Virus record (IMG/VR): IMGVR_UViG_3300035491_000281
DNA: 64,000 bases
DNA from: a virus
Taxonomy: Duplodnaviria; Caudoviricetes
Strand: one strand, 5' to 3'
In this document: positions 17,543 to 27,557 of the stretch, one piece after another
Position numbering within the stretch: position 1 is the stretch's first letter
Layout of the letters: every line of letters starts with the position of its first letter
Program-made: the position numbers and the translations under genes
Notes under the pieces: generated by a model
What the model was told of the DNA's origin: nothing
The model's input: only the letters and a program-made list of their open reading frames with translations
Database searches by the model: none

Positions 17543-19786
17543 ATGGCAAACCTCAAGAAACTCTTCTCTGCTCGTCAGAACGGCATGAAGAAAGACTTCG
17601 AGCTGAACGAGTTCGTCGAGTCGCTCGAAAAGTCTGGCAACATGGTCGGCGGTCCTCTGGCTGTCGCTGGTGATCTGGCCTCCCGTGTCTCCGTCGAATC
17701 CTTCGGCGATCTGGGCACGGAAGAAGCTTCCGCCTGCCAGGACCTCTACAGCGCCATCGAAGGCACTCTGGAGCGTCTGGGCTTCGAATCCTTCAACGCC
17801 ACTCGTGGTGCTGATGGTGCTCGCGTTGGCGAGAACCAGATCCTCGCTGCTACCCTGGCCAACCTGGCCTCCGGCAACGAAGTGCGCTACAAGAAGGCCC
17901 TGCGTGGTATGACTGTGGTTCCGCAGTCCAACAACCCCGACGTGATCGCGTTCCAGCCGATGACCGACGGCCCGCACGGCTCCATGCCGGTTCTGGCTTC
18001 CGGCACTGGCCTGGAAAACTACAACGAGAAGTCCCAGCGCGACTACCGCGTGATTTCCGTTGCCTACAACCTGGCTGCTGCTCGTCAGGACGCGTTCGGT
18101 GAAGCACTGTACCCGACTGTGGTTATCAACCCGACCGAAGGCGGCGTGACTCAGAACCTGACCTACGCAGCCGTCCTGAAGGACGTCTTCCACCAGGTTA
18201 CTGGTGCGCTGTTCGACACCCGCGAAGTCAACATGGTCGAAGCCTTCCGTGACCCGAAGGTCCTGGAAGATGCCAGCACTCAGCTGGTTCCGGTCGTTGA
18301 CGAGCAGGGCAAGAATGCCGACGTCTTCGTCGCTCCGTCCCTGGTTGCTCCGGTCTCCATCGAAATGGAGCGTGGTGGCGTTGTCAAGACTGCCCCGCTG
18401 AAGATCGGCAAGAAGTTCGACCTGATCGGCGCTTCCAACCGTCAGCAGCTGATCGCCGGCAACATGCTGGACCTGTCCGACACCATCGATCCGGCTCTGA
18501 AGCTGAAGGCCATCTACGTCAAGCTGACCAGCGACGACGGTGCCGGCGGTACCGTGAACCACGTCGTCAAGTTCGTGGTCGATCGTCTGCCGACTGCTGT
18601 GTTCCAGCCTTCGCTGACTGGCGACACCCGTCTGGCCCAGCTGCACTTCAACACCGAAGATCTGGTGATGAGCGGCGAGACCAAGGCTGTCGACGGTTCG
18701 CAGAGCACTGCCATGGCCGAACTGGCTACCCGTAACTGGGCCATGCGCCTGTCGGTTGGCGTTTCCGGTTCCGTCTCCCTGTCCAAGGGCGATGCCTGGG
18801 TCAACGCTACTCCGGTCGTGATCGAGAAGATGTTCGACGCTGACGGCACTGCGCTCGACATGGCTGCTGGCGACGCCGCGGCGCTGATCGCTGCGCTGGG
18901 TGAAATGGAAGTGGTCGCTTACGACCTCGACTCCCGCTTCACCAACACCAACCGCCGTGAGCGTGGCCAGCTGGTACAGACCCGTACCCTGCAGTTCCGC
19001 TACCCGGTGCCGATGCACAGCCCGATCACCCTGCCGATGTCCACCATGGACGAAAACGGCCCGGGCGACGTGGTCAAGACCCTGACCGTGGCTACCAACA
19101 TCCGCAACTCGAACAACGCGGTTACCCGCCTGCTGAACTACCTCGCGCAGCTGCGTGAAGTGGTCAACGCTGGTTACGACCGTCCGAAGTTCGGTGCTGT
19201 TGAAGGCGCCCTGTCGGCTCTGATCCGTCCGACCTACCGTTACGCTCAGCTCGATCTGCGCACCACTCTGGATGGCACTCGTTCCGGCGAGCGTTGGGAC
19301 GACGTCACCTCGGCGATCCTCAACACCATCAAGAGCATGCTGTTCCCGGCCTACCGCGACTCGAACATCGAGGCTGCGTTCCAGACCGTGACTGGCAACG
19401 CCGATGAGCGTCCGAAGTTCATCATCGCGACCGACAAGGAAATCGCGAACTACCTGATGATCCAGGGCGACGACCGTACTCTGGGCTCCCAGCTCAAGTA
19501 CGACATCGTGAGCACCAACAACGAGCGCTTCGACGGCAAGATCGTGGTCATCCCGACCCGTGAAAACCCGGTCGAGAACGACATCCTCAACTTCGGTCAG
19601 TTCTACTACGTTCCGACCATCGTTGCGGACATGCCGATCAGCCGCAATGGCCAGACCTCGCGCGAGATCGCTGCCGTGCCGGTGAACCTGCACGTCAACA
19701 ACATCCCGTTCGCGATCGAGATCGACGTCGTCGGCCTCAAGGAAGTCATGGCGACTTCCGTGTTCCTCACCAAGGTTGGTCCGTAA
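17543..19786 (+). CDS. Major capsid protein (phiKZ gp120-like), 747 aa
   Basis: Length, extreme codon bias, propeptide with SVE/GFE/GLE sites, AARQDAFGEALYPTVV motif, position between dnaB and the RNAP gene. Confidence 0.9.
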   Translation: MANLKKLFSARQNGMKKDFELNEFVESLEKSGNMVGGPLAVAGDLASRVSVESFGDLGTEEASACQDLYSAIEGTLERLGFESFNATRGADGARVGENQILAATLANLASGNEVRYKKALRGMTVVPQSNNPDVIAFQPMTDGPHGSMPVLASGTGLENYNEKSQRDYRVISVAYNLAAARQDAFGEALYPTVVINPTEGGVTQNLTYAAVLKDVFHQVTGALFDTREVNMVEAFRDPKVLEDASTQLVPVVDEQGKNADVFVAPSLVAPVSIEMERGGVVKTAPLKIGKKFDLIGASNRQQLIAGNMLDLSDTIDPALKLKAIYVKLTSDDGAGGTVNHVVKFVVDRLPTAVFQPSLTGDTRLAQLHFNTEDLVMSGETKAVDGSQSTAMAELATRNWAMRLSVGVSGSVSLSKGDAWVNATPVVIEKMFDADGTALDMAAGDAAALIAALGEMEVVAYDLDSRFTNTNRRERGQLVQTRTLQFRYPVPMHSPITLPMSTMDENGPGDVVKTLTVATNIRNSNNAVTRLLNYLAQLREVVNAGYDRPKFGAVEGALSALIRPTYRYAQLDLRTTLDGTRSGERWDDVTSAILNTIKSMLFPAYRDSNIEAAFQTVTGNADERPKFIIATDKEIANYLMIQGDDRTLGSQLKYDIVSTNNERFDGKIVVIPTRENPVENDILNFGQFYYVPTIVADMPISRNGQTSREIAAVPVNLHVNNIPFAIEIDVVGLKEVMATSVFLTKVGP

Positions 19787-19808
19787 GCTTCGCGCCTGCG
19801 GTTGGAAC

Positions 19809-19848
19809 CATAATGGAGGCCTCCCTTCGGGGAGGCCTCTATGCCGTC
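19809..19848 (+). terminator. Hairpin after the capsid gene (palindrome family)
   Basis: GAGGCCTCCC-TTCG-GGGAGGCCTC-TATGCCGT. Confidence 0.7.
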
Positions 19849-19913
19849 AACTCGATTAAGTTTGAAATCTACATTATTCATTCGGCCAATCCAGTACTGG
19901 AGTTAACTTTCTT

Positions 19914-20369
19914 ATGTCGTATTTTCGCCAACTAGGGGAAATCCTGCTCGCGGTCGCTCCCGAGCCGGAACCAACCCCAGTAGCCCCAACCGAGGTGACG
20001 GAGCCAGTAGCTCCTGTCCAACCTGAAACAGTAAAAAACGCAGCCGCAACACCGTATGCGGTTGATTGCCGTCTCCCCCCGAAACCATGTCCTTTGAGTG
20101 CCCGTGCCCTGCGCGAGGTTCTGGAGCGGTTACACCTGAGGGAGACCCCTGAAGAAAAACAGCCCAAGCGGGCAGGACGTAACCGTGTGTCCCACACCCC
20201 CTCCTGCCCGCGTGTATCTCGTAACCGGAGCAAACCACGTGGTAAAAAGACATCCCTACAAGCGTTACGGTCGCACGTTCAGGAAGGTGCGCTGAAAGTC
20301 ATCCCGAGTCTCAGCACTGAGTTCATCACCGCTGAGGTCAGGGTAGTCCCTCCCCCCACATTAAGGTAA
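19914..20369 (+). CDS. Hypothetical Pro-rich/basic protein, 151 aa
   Basis: GGAG upstream; occupies the gap in the conserved block. Confidence 0.55.
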   Translation: MSYFRQLGEILLAVAPEPEPTPVAPTEVTEPVAPVQPETVKNAAATPYAVDCRLPPKPCPLSARALREVLERLHLRETPEEKQPKRAGRNRVSHTPSCPRVSRNRSKPRGKKTSLQALRSHVQEGALKVIPSLSTEFITAEVRVVPPPTLR

Positions 20370-20375
20370 TAGCAC

Positions 20376-21593
20376 GTGAGTCGACAACTGGATCACGTCT
20401 TTGCTTCTCTGGTTACCGATGTGGTGCCGAGTCCCGCCCCTGTCCGCGGTCATCAACTACGCAGCAATTTCCGTATGGAGATCAGCAACACCATGAGGGT
20501 TCCGGTGTTCTGGCGCAATGCGTTGGGGATGGTGGTGGTGGAACCGAGCGCTGCATCTACGACTGCAGATGAGTATTTTTACATCACGATCGAGTATGAG
20601 TTCGACCCTGGTGTAAAAATTGACGCGCGTGAGCTATTGAATGAGCTAGATCTGCCGGAAAACCACAGTGAACGTAAAGGTATCTTTTCTGCCCTCGAAG
20701 CTCTGGAGCGTAACCCGCATTGGCATCACCAGCGTACTTTTAGTTACACGCTGGGGATCTCACGGGAACGCCTGGAGCAAGTGGGTGGGGTCGCATACCT
20801 GAATGACGTCGACCTTGTGGTGGGGTTCGAGAAGCATCGCGATGACGCGCTGCATCCGTACTCTCAAAGCGGCCAGCGGGAACGGTTGAGTCAAGGTCTG
20901 GAGAAAGACTCCGGCTTGACCCAGCGTTACTTGCTGGTGGATAATTCTGGCATCTATGGTTCGCGTTGGGTTAATACCGGCTACGACGTGTTTGAATTAC
21001 GTCCAACCGCTGATCCACGCATGCGTGATGGGGTGTACGTCAGTATTTATACCCCGCTGCACAGAGAGCCTAAGACCCATTTCTACGAACTGGCCGATGC
21101 CGAAAAGGCATTGGGTTTATACCGCAATCGTGCCGAGGCAGAAGCCTTCGGCAAACCCGAAACGCGCTTTGCTGCCGAACTCAAACAGATCGAACACGAT
21201 TTGGTATTGCAGAAGGCAGACTTGGCCCGTTTGAAACAGGAGAATGAACGTGAACGCCATGACATGGATCTTGAGAAGCAACGTCAAGACGACTACTTCA
21301 AGGCTGAAGAACAGCGGCGGAAGCGCGAGCAAGACGAGTTAGACGCCGCCCAAAAGCGCCATCAGCAAGAGATGGAGCGGCAGCGTGAGCAGATGCGGAT
21401 GGAACGCGAACGGCTAGAGTTCGAACGTCAGACCTTCTCCGATCGGAAGAAGTTTGAGTACGACAATTTCAGCCGGGAACGTAAAGACCGTTCTGATGCG
21501 TTTAAGGGAGCATTAGAAGTAGGGAAGGCTGTACTGGGCATACTGAGCGTGGGCTTGTCTGTCTACGCTCTGGTTAAGAAAAATCAAAAGTAA
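20376..21593 (+). CDS. Conserved jumbo-phage protein with a C-terminal coiled coil and hydrophobic tail, 405 aa
   Basis: TAAGG RBS with GTG start; long E/R/Q heptad region; ends in ILSVGLSVYALVKK. Confidence 0.7.
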   Translation: MSRQLDHVFASLVTDVVPSPAPVRGHQLRSNFRMEISNTMRVPVFWRNALGMVVVEPSAASTTADEYFYITIEYEFDPGVKIDARELLNELDLPENHSERKGIFSALEALERNPHWHHQRTFSYTLGISRERLEQVGGVAYLNDVDLVVGFEKHRDDALHPYSQSGQRERLSQGLEKDSGLTQRYLLVDNSGIYGSRWVNTGYDVFELRPTADPRMRDGVYVSIYTPLHREPKTHFYELADAEKALGLYRNRAEAEAFGKPETRFAAELKQIEHDLVLQKADLARLKQENERERHDMDLEKQRQDDYFKAEEQRRKREQDELDAAQKRHQQEMERQREQMRMERERLEFERQTFSDRKKFEYDNFSRERKDRSDAFKGALEVGKAVLGILSVGLSVYALVKKNQK

Positions 21594-21647
21594 CCACTAC
21601 ACCAAGGGAGAGGGGGTACGCGGTTACTTTCTGCAGGGTCTTCCGTA

Positions 21648-23291
21648 ATGGATAATGTACTGCTCGAAAGAGTGAAAGCCATCACACCGAAATTCAACCC
21701 AAGTATTGCCAACGGTCTTGCGGTTGAGCACCTGATGGCCCGTGACGAAATCACGGGTACTAACAGGACCATGGCATACATCGATCGGTTGATTCACATC
21801 AACAGGGAGCTTTTTCCGGCGGGGCTGACTTATAAAGGAAGTCAGATTTGCTCGCCGTTGAAGCATTTCGAGGAGATCACCCGTGAATACAACTCGAAGC
21901 GCATCGCCAACATCGCGAAGAACAACACCTACTTGGTCAAGTACCAATTTGAGTACACCGATCCGCGGACCGGTAAGACTGAGGACCTCATGCCTCGGTA
22001 CATCCTGCTGCCGTATGTTCGTGACGGCGGGATCATCACACTCAACGGGGCGACGTACAACATTGCCCCGGTCCTGACGGACGTTGGTTTCTCGGTACTG
22101 CGCGGTAGTATCTTCATTCCGTTCCGTCGTACCAAGCTCACGTTCAACCGCACCGACCATCCATTCTACATGGACGGCCGACGCACGACCACGTACGTGA
22201 TCTGGAGTATGATTCACCACAAGATGAGCGAACGCACTCGCCGTGACTTGGACAACCGGCGTTACATCGAGTCATCGCTGCCGCATTACTTCTTCTGTCG
22301 GTTTGGGGTTACTGAAACCTTCCGTCAGTGGGCCAATGCAGAAGTGCAAGTGGGATGGCGTAAAGACTTCCCGGCGAGCGAGTACCCGCGTGACCAGTTC
22401 ACTATGTACGAATCGCTGCACTTGAAAGGCCGGCACCCGACTGGCGAGTTGTGTCTGATCGTACCGAAGAAGTACGACAATGACCTGACCCGTATGTTGG
22501 TGGCAGGCTTCTTCTACGTGGTGGACACGTTCCCGGACCGCTTCCGTAGTCCGGAATACGTGGATGACGTGAACCTCTGGCGAGTGATTCTTGGCCACAT
22601 GGTCTTCGGTGATTTCGAACACAGCGGTAAGGTGGCCGAGAACATCGACACGCACATGCGTGGATTGGAAATCTCACTGGACGAAATGACCCGTGAAGAA
22701 TTGCGGGAACGGTACCTGTACGTCAGCAACATCTGGGAGCTGTTCCACAAGATCCTCACGGACCTATCGCATCACTTTTATCAAACCAGTACCGAAGAGG
22801 CGTCGATGTACAACAAACGCCTGACTGTTCTTCGGTACGTCATGGAAGAGTTCAACTCCGCCATCTCGATGTTCGGTTATGATTTTCAGAACCGTCAGGA
22901 CAAAGAGTGGACCGCTACAGAGTTGAACGAGGCATTGAAAAGGCTGTTCAAGCTGAGCACCGCGATCCGTAAACTGACCAGTGAGCACGGTGAGTTGGAT
23001 ACGGTGAGCTATCCCGGGGACAACAAGATGTTCCGCATCACCTCGATGCTAGTGCCCCAGGACAAAGCCCGCCGCAGTCATGGATACGGTAAAGGCTTGA
23101 TCTCCGACACCTCGCGCTTGCTGCACTCCAGTATCGCCGAGGTCGGTCAGTTCAATAATCAACCTAAAAATAACCCGGATGGCCGCAGCCGGATTAACCC
23201 GAACGTCCAAACGGAAGTTACGGGTGTGATTCGCCGCAACCCTGAACGGGCGGAACTGATCGAAAATACGCAAAAACGAATTAACCGTTAA
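21648..23291 (+). CDS. Non-virion RNA polymerase beta subunit, N-terminal fragment (phiKZ gp123-like), 547 aa
   Basis: Size and position downstream of the capsid gene; C-terminal LHSSIAEVGQFNNQPKNNPDGRSRINP resembling RpoB HxSxxGxxxPxxxPEGxxxG. Confidence 0.8.
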   Translation: MDNVLLERVKAITPKFNPSIANGLAVEHLMARDEITGTNRTMAYIDRLIHINRELFPAGLTYKGSQICSPLKHFEEITREYNSKRIANIAKNNTYLVKYQFEYTDPRTGKTEDLMPRYILLPYVRDGGIITLNGATYNIAPVLTDVGFSVLRGSIFIPFRRTKLTFNRTDHPFYMDGRRTTTYVIWSMIHHKMSERTRRDLDNRRYIESSLPHYFFCRFGVTETFRQWANAEVQVGWRKDFPASEYPRDQFTMYESLHLKGRHPTGELCLIVPKKYDNDLTRMLVAGFFYVVDTFPDRFRSPEYVDDVNLWRVILGHMVFGDFEHSGKVAENIDTHMRGLEISLDEMTREELRERYLYVSNIWELFHKILTDLSHHFYQTSTEEASMYNKRLTVLRYVMEEFNSAISMFGYDFQNRQDKEWTATELNEALKRLFKLSTAIRKLTSEHGELDTVSYPGDNKMFRITSMLVPQDKARRSHGYGKGLISDTSRLLHSSIAEVGQFNNQPKNNPDGRSRINPNVQTEVTGVIRRNPERAELIENTQKRINR

Positions 23292-23311
23292 GCATTAAAG
23301 GACACTTCGCT

Positions 23312-25438
23312 ATGTATAACACCCAGGCCCAGCTCCCTGTCCCATTCGACCGTTGGGATGAAAGCACCATCAACCATAACCTGCCGGCCGGCAACGACGT
23401 CTGGCCCCAGGTGCAGCTACCACCGAACCTCGACCCGACAGTCATGGCGCGCATAGCCGCTGAGTTCCGCACCATGGCGCAATCGCGTCTGGGTCGTAGC
23501 CCGCTGCACAACTTCCAGTACAACCTGTTCAGCCAGAACCGTTTCGGCAACCCGATGTACACCGAATGGGTCCAGCGTGCTGCCGACTTCACCGAGTTCC
23601 TGGTGGTGGCGCAGAACAATGCCCCGGACGTGGCGATCCCGAAAGCGGTTGGTAAGATCTACCGCGCCTCGCTGGCCATCACCGGGGGTCAGTACCCGCA
23701 AGTGGCGCAGATGATCGATCAGGGCATGTATGCGGAACTTCTGCGTGCAGGTGAAGAGCTGAACGACATCGTGCGGGACGTGACGGCTTTTCAGCAGGCC
23801 GGTCGCCGGCCGATGGTGGCGCAACCGAACGTGGGCTACGCGAACTACCAACAGCCGGTATACGGCGGTTACCAGCCCGCGCCACAACCCGCCTATGGTG
23901 GCTATCAAGCACCGCAAGCGGGAATGCTGCCGCCGGTGGGATCGCCCTCGCAGTATCGCCCACAACCGGCTAACATGGCACCGAGTGGCTACCAAACCGC
24001 ACCGGTCTATCAGACTCCGGTCAGTAACGGGGCACCTCGTGCCGGTGGCGCGGCCGGTCGTTACGTGGACGAACCAGCTACCCCAGCACCTACCAGCTGG
24101 GACGCCAGTCGTCCGACGGACTTCTCGCAGACCACCATCAGCCCACCGTCGTTCAACGCCCAACCTGCGGTCGCGGTACAGCCGGAAGTAATTCCGGATC
24201 TGCCGATTCCGAAGGACGTCGACGAAGTGGAAATGAACCCGCACTACTATGTCCCCACCGGTAAGGCCATTGACCCCGAGCGTCCGTTCGATGTCATCTA
24301 CGTCCCCGGCGGTGCCGAAGTGCGTCCAGCCCACCTATCGGGCTGGAAGCGCACCCGTAGTGCTGAACGTCCCTACGCCTTGGGGTATGACCCGACCATG
24401 TTTGTGCTGTTCCACGTCAAGTGGCCAGACGGGGTCGTCCATGAGAAAGTTGTTGAATGGGAGCCAGAAATGGAATACCTCAAGCATGAGATCAACGCCG
24501 AACTGCGCGGTGCCAAGATCCGCCCGAAAGGTAAGATCGTCGCCAACTACCGCAACATTGTTGGCACCGATGAAGCGCCTAAGCCGGTGGAAGATGTGAA
24601 GCTGACGCTCGACCACGACCTGCTGGAACAGGGCGAAGTGAGCCCGGTGGAACTGGACGGCATCATCACCACCTCCACGGAGCTGGAAAGCGAAGTCGAA
24701 GCCCGCAAGCAGGTCATCGAGCAGCTGGGTCTGGACGCCGATACCCCCGTGGTACCAGCGTACCAATACCAGACAGCACGCCTGTACAGCTTGGATGTCT
24801 CGGAAGAGGCGGAAGAGCGACTGCTGGAGCTTGCCAATGCCGGTTCGCTGGTGGAGGTCGCCGAAGGCCTGGATGAGCTGTTGAACACCAGCGTTCTGCC
24901 GCTGCGCTACTACCGCTTCATCAATGAGCGTCTGACGGCGGCGGTGAACGCAGTGCTGGCGGACAACCTGTCGCTGGATGCCGTGAGTATCGACAGCTTC
25001 ACCGCGGACATGGCCGATCTGCTTGATTACCTCAAGCAGAAGCAGGGTGAGGCAGTGGTGACGGTATTCAACAGCCAGACCCGCGCATTCCTCAAGCGCT
25101 GGCTCAACTTCTGCTACGAGAACGTCGAGGTCGCCGAAAGCGAGGAAGCGGCCGCGGTGCGTAGTCCGTTCGGGCTGATCGATGAATGCGTTAACCTGCA
25201 AACCACCTGGTCTTCGGAACAGATCGCCTCACTGAACCTCGGCAAGGAGCCGGTGTTGATCAGTCAATCCACTCACCCGAAAATCAGCAATGCGCTGACC
25301 GAGTTTGTGGGACGCCTGGCACGCAACGGCCAACTCGCCGGCAAGCATCTGCGCTTGATCACCACTGACGGTGTATACCTGGAAGTGCTGCGTGGTTGGC
25401 TGATCGAGAAATCGGTCCTGCTGAAGAAAGTGAGCTAA
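23312..25438 (+). CDS. Conserved jumbo-phage protein with an internal Q/P/Y/G-rich disordered region, 708 aa
   Basis: AAAGGA RBS; follows the RNAP subunit; low-complexity middle segment. Confidence 0.75.
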   Translation: MYNTQAQLPVPFDRWDESTINHNLPAGNDVWPQVQLPPNLDPTVMARIAAEFRTMAQSRLGRSPLHNFQYNLFSQNRFGNPMYTEWVQRAADFTEFLVVAQNNAPDVAIPKAVGKIYRASLAITGGQYPQVAQMIDQGMYAELLRAGEELNDIVRDVTAFQQAGRRPMVAQPNVGYANYQQPVYGGYQPAPQPAYGGYQAPQAGMLPPVGSPSQYRPQPANMAPSGYQTAPVYQTPVSNGAPRAGGAAGRYVDEPATPAPTSWDASRPTDFSQTTISPPSFNAQPAVAVQPEVIPDLPIPKDVDEVEMNPHYYVPTGKAIDPERPFDVIYVPGGAEVRPAHLSGWKRTRSAERPYALGYDPTMFVLFHVKWPDGVVHEKVVEWEPEMEYLKHEINAELRGAKIRPKGKIVANYRNIVGTDEAPKPVEDVKLTLDHDLLEQGEVSPVELDGIITTSTELESEVEARKQVIEQLGLDADTPVVPAYQYQTARLYSLDVSEEAEERLLELANAGSLVEVAEGLDELLNTSVLPLRYYRFINERLTAAVNAVLADNLSLDAVSIDSFTADMADLLDYLKQKQGEAVVTVFNSQTRAFLKRWLNFCYENVEVAESEEAAAVRSPFGLIDECVNLQTTWSSEQIASLNLGKEPVLISQSTHPKISNALTEFVGRLARNGQLAGKHLRLITTDGVYLEVLRGWLIEKSVLLKKVS

Positions 25439-25500
25439 AGTCCTTCGGGCAGCTCGGCCTGGGTCTGTCCGGTTCGCCGACCCCCTGCTCAGGGACCTTT

Positions 25501-25540
25501 ACGGCACTCGCCCTCCCTTCGGGGAGGGCTCTTTTTCCGT
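25501..25540 (+). terminator. ACGGCA-led terminator
   Basis: GCCCTCCC-TTCG-GGGAGGGC-TCTTTTT. Confidence 0.75.
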
Positions 25541-25559
25541 CAAGTCCTGCATCCAGCAG

Positions 25560-25587
25560 AATTTGACATCTATATCACCCGTTTGAA
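25560..25587 (+). promoter_or_regulatory. Phage early promoter
   Basis: AATTT-GACATC-TATATCAC-CCGTT-TGAA. Confidence 0.75.
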
Positions 25588-25616
25588 TCAAACCCCGGCC
25601 TCTAAGGAGACGCACC

Positions 25617-26171
25617 ATGAGCGACAACACCCAAGATTACACCTCCCAGAAGCGACGTAATTTCGTGATCAGTGACGGCGCCATCCGCGCTGTTCTCAGC
25701 ACACTACCCGACAACTGGGAGGCCCACATGCAGGATGATACCCCCATTCCGTTTCTGTTGATCGATGAGCACGCGAAGATGGAAAGCCCCACTGTTGGGG
25801 ACACCTGGCATTTAGTCCGTTACCTGAATCTGCTGGCGGACGATCTGGCCTTCCACGCTCGGACCGGGCAAGCCTTGACCGGCCTGGTTAGCGAACGTAG
25901 CCAGGCGTACTACGGCGACACACTGCTGGCGTATATCCGTAAGGACTTCGCCGAGTTGGGCCGACTGGCCGCCCGGCTGCTGTACACCAACATGAACGAC
26001 AACCATGTAACGCTCAAGCAGACCCTGCCGGCTTACCGCGGTCTGGACGAACGGCATAGCCCCAAGTGGTCCAACGTGGCGGTCTTGGAGCGGGCTGGAT
26101 TTCTGATCTGGCACGATAAATTCACCAATACCCTGCGGACTCGGATCGGCGATCACGTCATCATCCTGTAA
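25617..26171 (+). CDS. Stand-alone early hypothetical protein, 184 aa
   Basis: TAAGGAG RBS; has its own promoter and terminator. Confidence 0.75.
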   Translation: MSDNTQDYTSQKRRNFVISDGAIRAVLSTLPDNWEAHMQDDTPIPFLLIDEHAKMESPTVGDTWHLVRYLNLLADDLAFHARTGQALTGLVSERSQAYYGDTLLAYIRKDFAELGRLAARLLYTNMNDNHVTLKQTLPAYRGLDERHSPKWSNVAVLERAGFLIWHDKFTNTLRTRIGDHVIIL

Positions 26172-26212
26172 CGGCATAAAGCCCTCCCCCAACTGGGGGA
26201 GGGTCTATGTTT
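26171..26212. terminator. ACGGCATA palindrome at a convergent junction
   Basis: ACGGCATAAAGCCCTCCCCC-AACT-GGGGGAGGGTCTATG. Confidence 0.75.
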
Positions 26213-26229
26213 ACACTTATTTTTTTTTT

Positions 26230-26661
26230 CTACGCCGTAAAGGGGAGTGTATACTGCCCGATCACAGCCAACGAACCGGCGGCTGCCTGCAGGCCCAACC
26301 CATCTGCTTGCAGCTCAGCTATCTGAAAATCAGCCGGGGTCAACGGGAGGCGGTAATGCTGCAAGACCGCTTGCAATGCCTGCCGGCCATCGCTGTAGTC
26401 AGACCCAACCCCAGGCACAGAAAGCCCTGTAAGCAGCGTGCTGAGCGTCCATCGCGTATACTGTACCATCGTACTCCCTACGACGATATCAGCCCCTGTA
26501 CGCGCTCGTAGGAGGACTCTGGTGTTGTTTGCTCCTTGGGTGTAGCTCTCTGGGTCGACCAGCTCCACCAACTCCGGGGTTAACGGGTAGATTAACGTGG
26601 GATTGGCCGCTGTCAGGGCTTTTAGTAACCGCACTTCGGGGCGTTCATGGTAGTAACTCAT
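26230..26661 (-). CDS. Virion structural protein paralog, about 143 aa (start MSYYHE)
   Basis: AGGAG RBS; similar to 26670 and 46672 (RLLKAL..AN...QYTRWTL). Confidence 0.6.
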   Translation of the reverse strand: MSYYHERPEVRLLKALTAANPTLIYPLTPELVELVDPESYTQGANNTRVLLRARTGADIVVGSTMVQYTRWTLSTLLTGLSVPGVGSDYSDGRQALQAVLQHYRLPLTPADFQIAELQADGLGLQAAAGSLAVIGQYTLPFTA

Positions 26662-26669
26662 AACCACTC

Positions 26670-27548
26670 CTAGTTGTAATGTAAGGTCACAAAGCCACTG
26701 GTATCGGTGCAGTAACTCGGATTGAGGTTCAACACCAGTACCGACTGAATATCCTGGCGTGGTGTCCACCTGGGGTGTACCGGTCCGTTATACAAAACCC
26801 GGTACTGTGGTTCGTTCAGCTTCAGGTTATCGGTTAGGTTCAACGTCCCGGTGCTGACTGTCGCCTGCCAGGGTAGGGTAGACCGCAGACGCAGAATGGC
26901 CAGCAGTTCCCGCATCGGTACTTGCTGACCACCCACGGTCAGGGCCCGTAGCCGTGCCCGAAAGGCACTGAAATCGAACGCCATTAGCAGGTGTTGGCCA
27001 GCCCGGGTACCTGACTCAGGTTGGGGGTAGGGTAGCGCGTCGGCAACGGCCGTGACAGTCAGGGCCGTGTTGAGGTCCATGACTGGTAACTCCACCTGTA
27101 GTACCAACTCCCCCACCCAACGCAGTGAGCGCGGGTGGGCTTGGAGACGTACAGCCTGAGCCTGCTGGACCGTGGTCACCCGTTCCACCAAGACATCCGA
27201 CAGATCGAAAACCACCCCGGTGATGTCCTGGAGCCATTGCACCAACTCCCAGCTCGACACCGGCAAGCGCAATCCGGTAACCACCAAGGGAATCCCCAAA
27301 CTCTGGAAATACTGCCCCAGGTTTAACCGGTGGTAACGATACGTTCCCTGAGTGAAAGCAGGCAGGAGATTTCCCGGATGGGCGGACCGGGTGGCCTTCA
27401 CGGTGACTTCCGTTAGGGTATCACCCAAGGCCACCAATCCCGCCAGCTGCGTCACCTTCGGGTTTAACTGCACGAAGTGCTTCTGGTTGATCATCTCCAC
27501 CAGCGCCTCCCACGGAGGGAAGCGCAGATACTCCGCGGTGGTATTCAT
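26670..27548 (-). CDS. Virion structural protein, 292 aa
   Basis: AAGGAG RBS; PPWEALVEMIN...YRYHRLNL shared with 46672; synteny with the phiKZ pre-portal genes. Confidence 0.65.
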   Translation of the reverse strand: MNTTAEYLRFPPWEALVEMINQKHFVQLNPKVTQLAGLVALGDTLTEVTVKATRSAHPGNLLPAFTQGTYRYHRLNLGQYFQSLGIPLVVTGLRLPVSSWELVQWLQDITGVVFDLSDVLVERVTTVQQAQAVRLQAHPRSLRWVGELVLQVELPVMDLNTALTVTAVADALPYPQPESGTRAGQHLLMAFDFSAFRARLRALTVGGQQVPMRELLAILRLRSTLPWQATVSTGTLNLTDNLKLNEPQYRVLYNGPVHPRWTPRQDIQSVLVLNLNPSYCTDTSGFVTLHYN

Positions 27549-27557
27549 GCGAACTCC

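Noticed and set aside
17468-19693. 741-aa antisense ORF opposite the capsid gene
   Set aside because: Shadow of extreme GC3 codon bias, with no RBS or recognisable motifs; the same applies to 1310-2662, 39875-40618 and other antisense ORFs
20376-21593. C-terminal coiled-coil protein as an SMC or tape-measure protein
   Set aside because: No ATPase motifs and the coil is short; left as a conserved hypothetical
15292-23291. Inteins or introns in DnaB, capsid or RNAP subunit
   Set aside because: Lengths match intact homologs and no splicing motifs (C/S...HN) were seen
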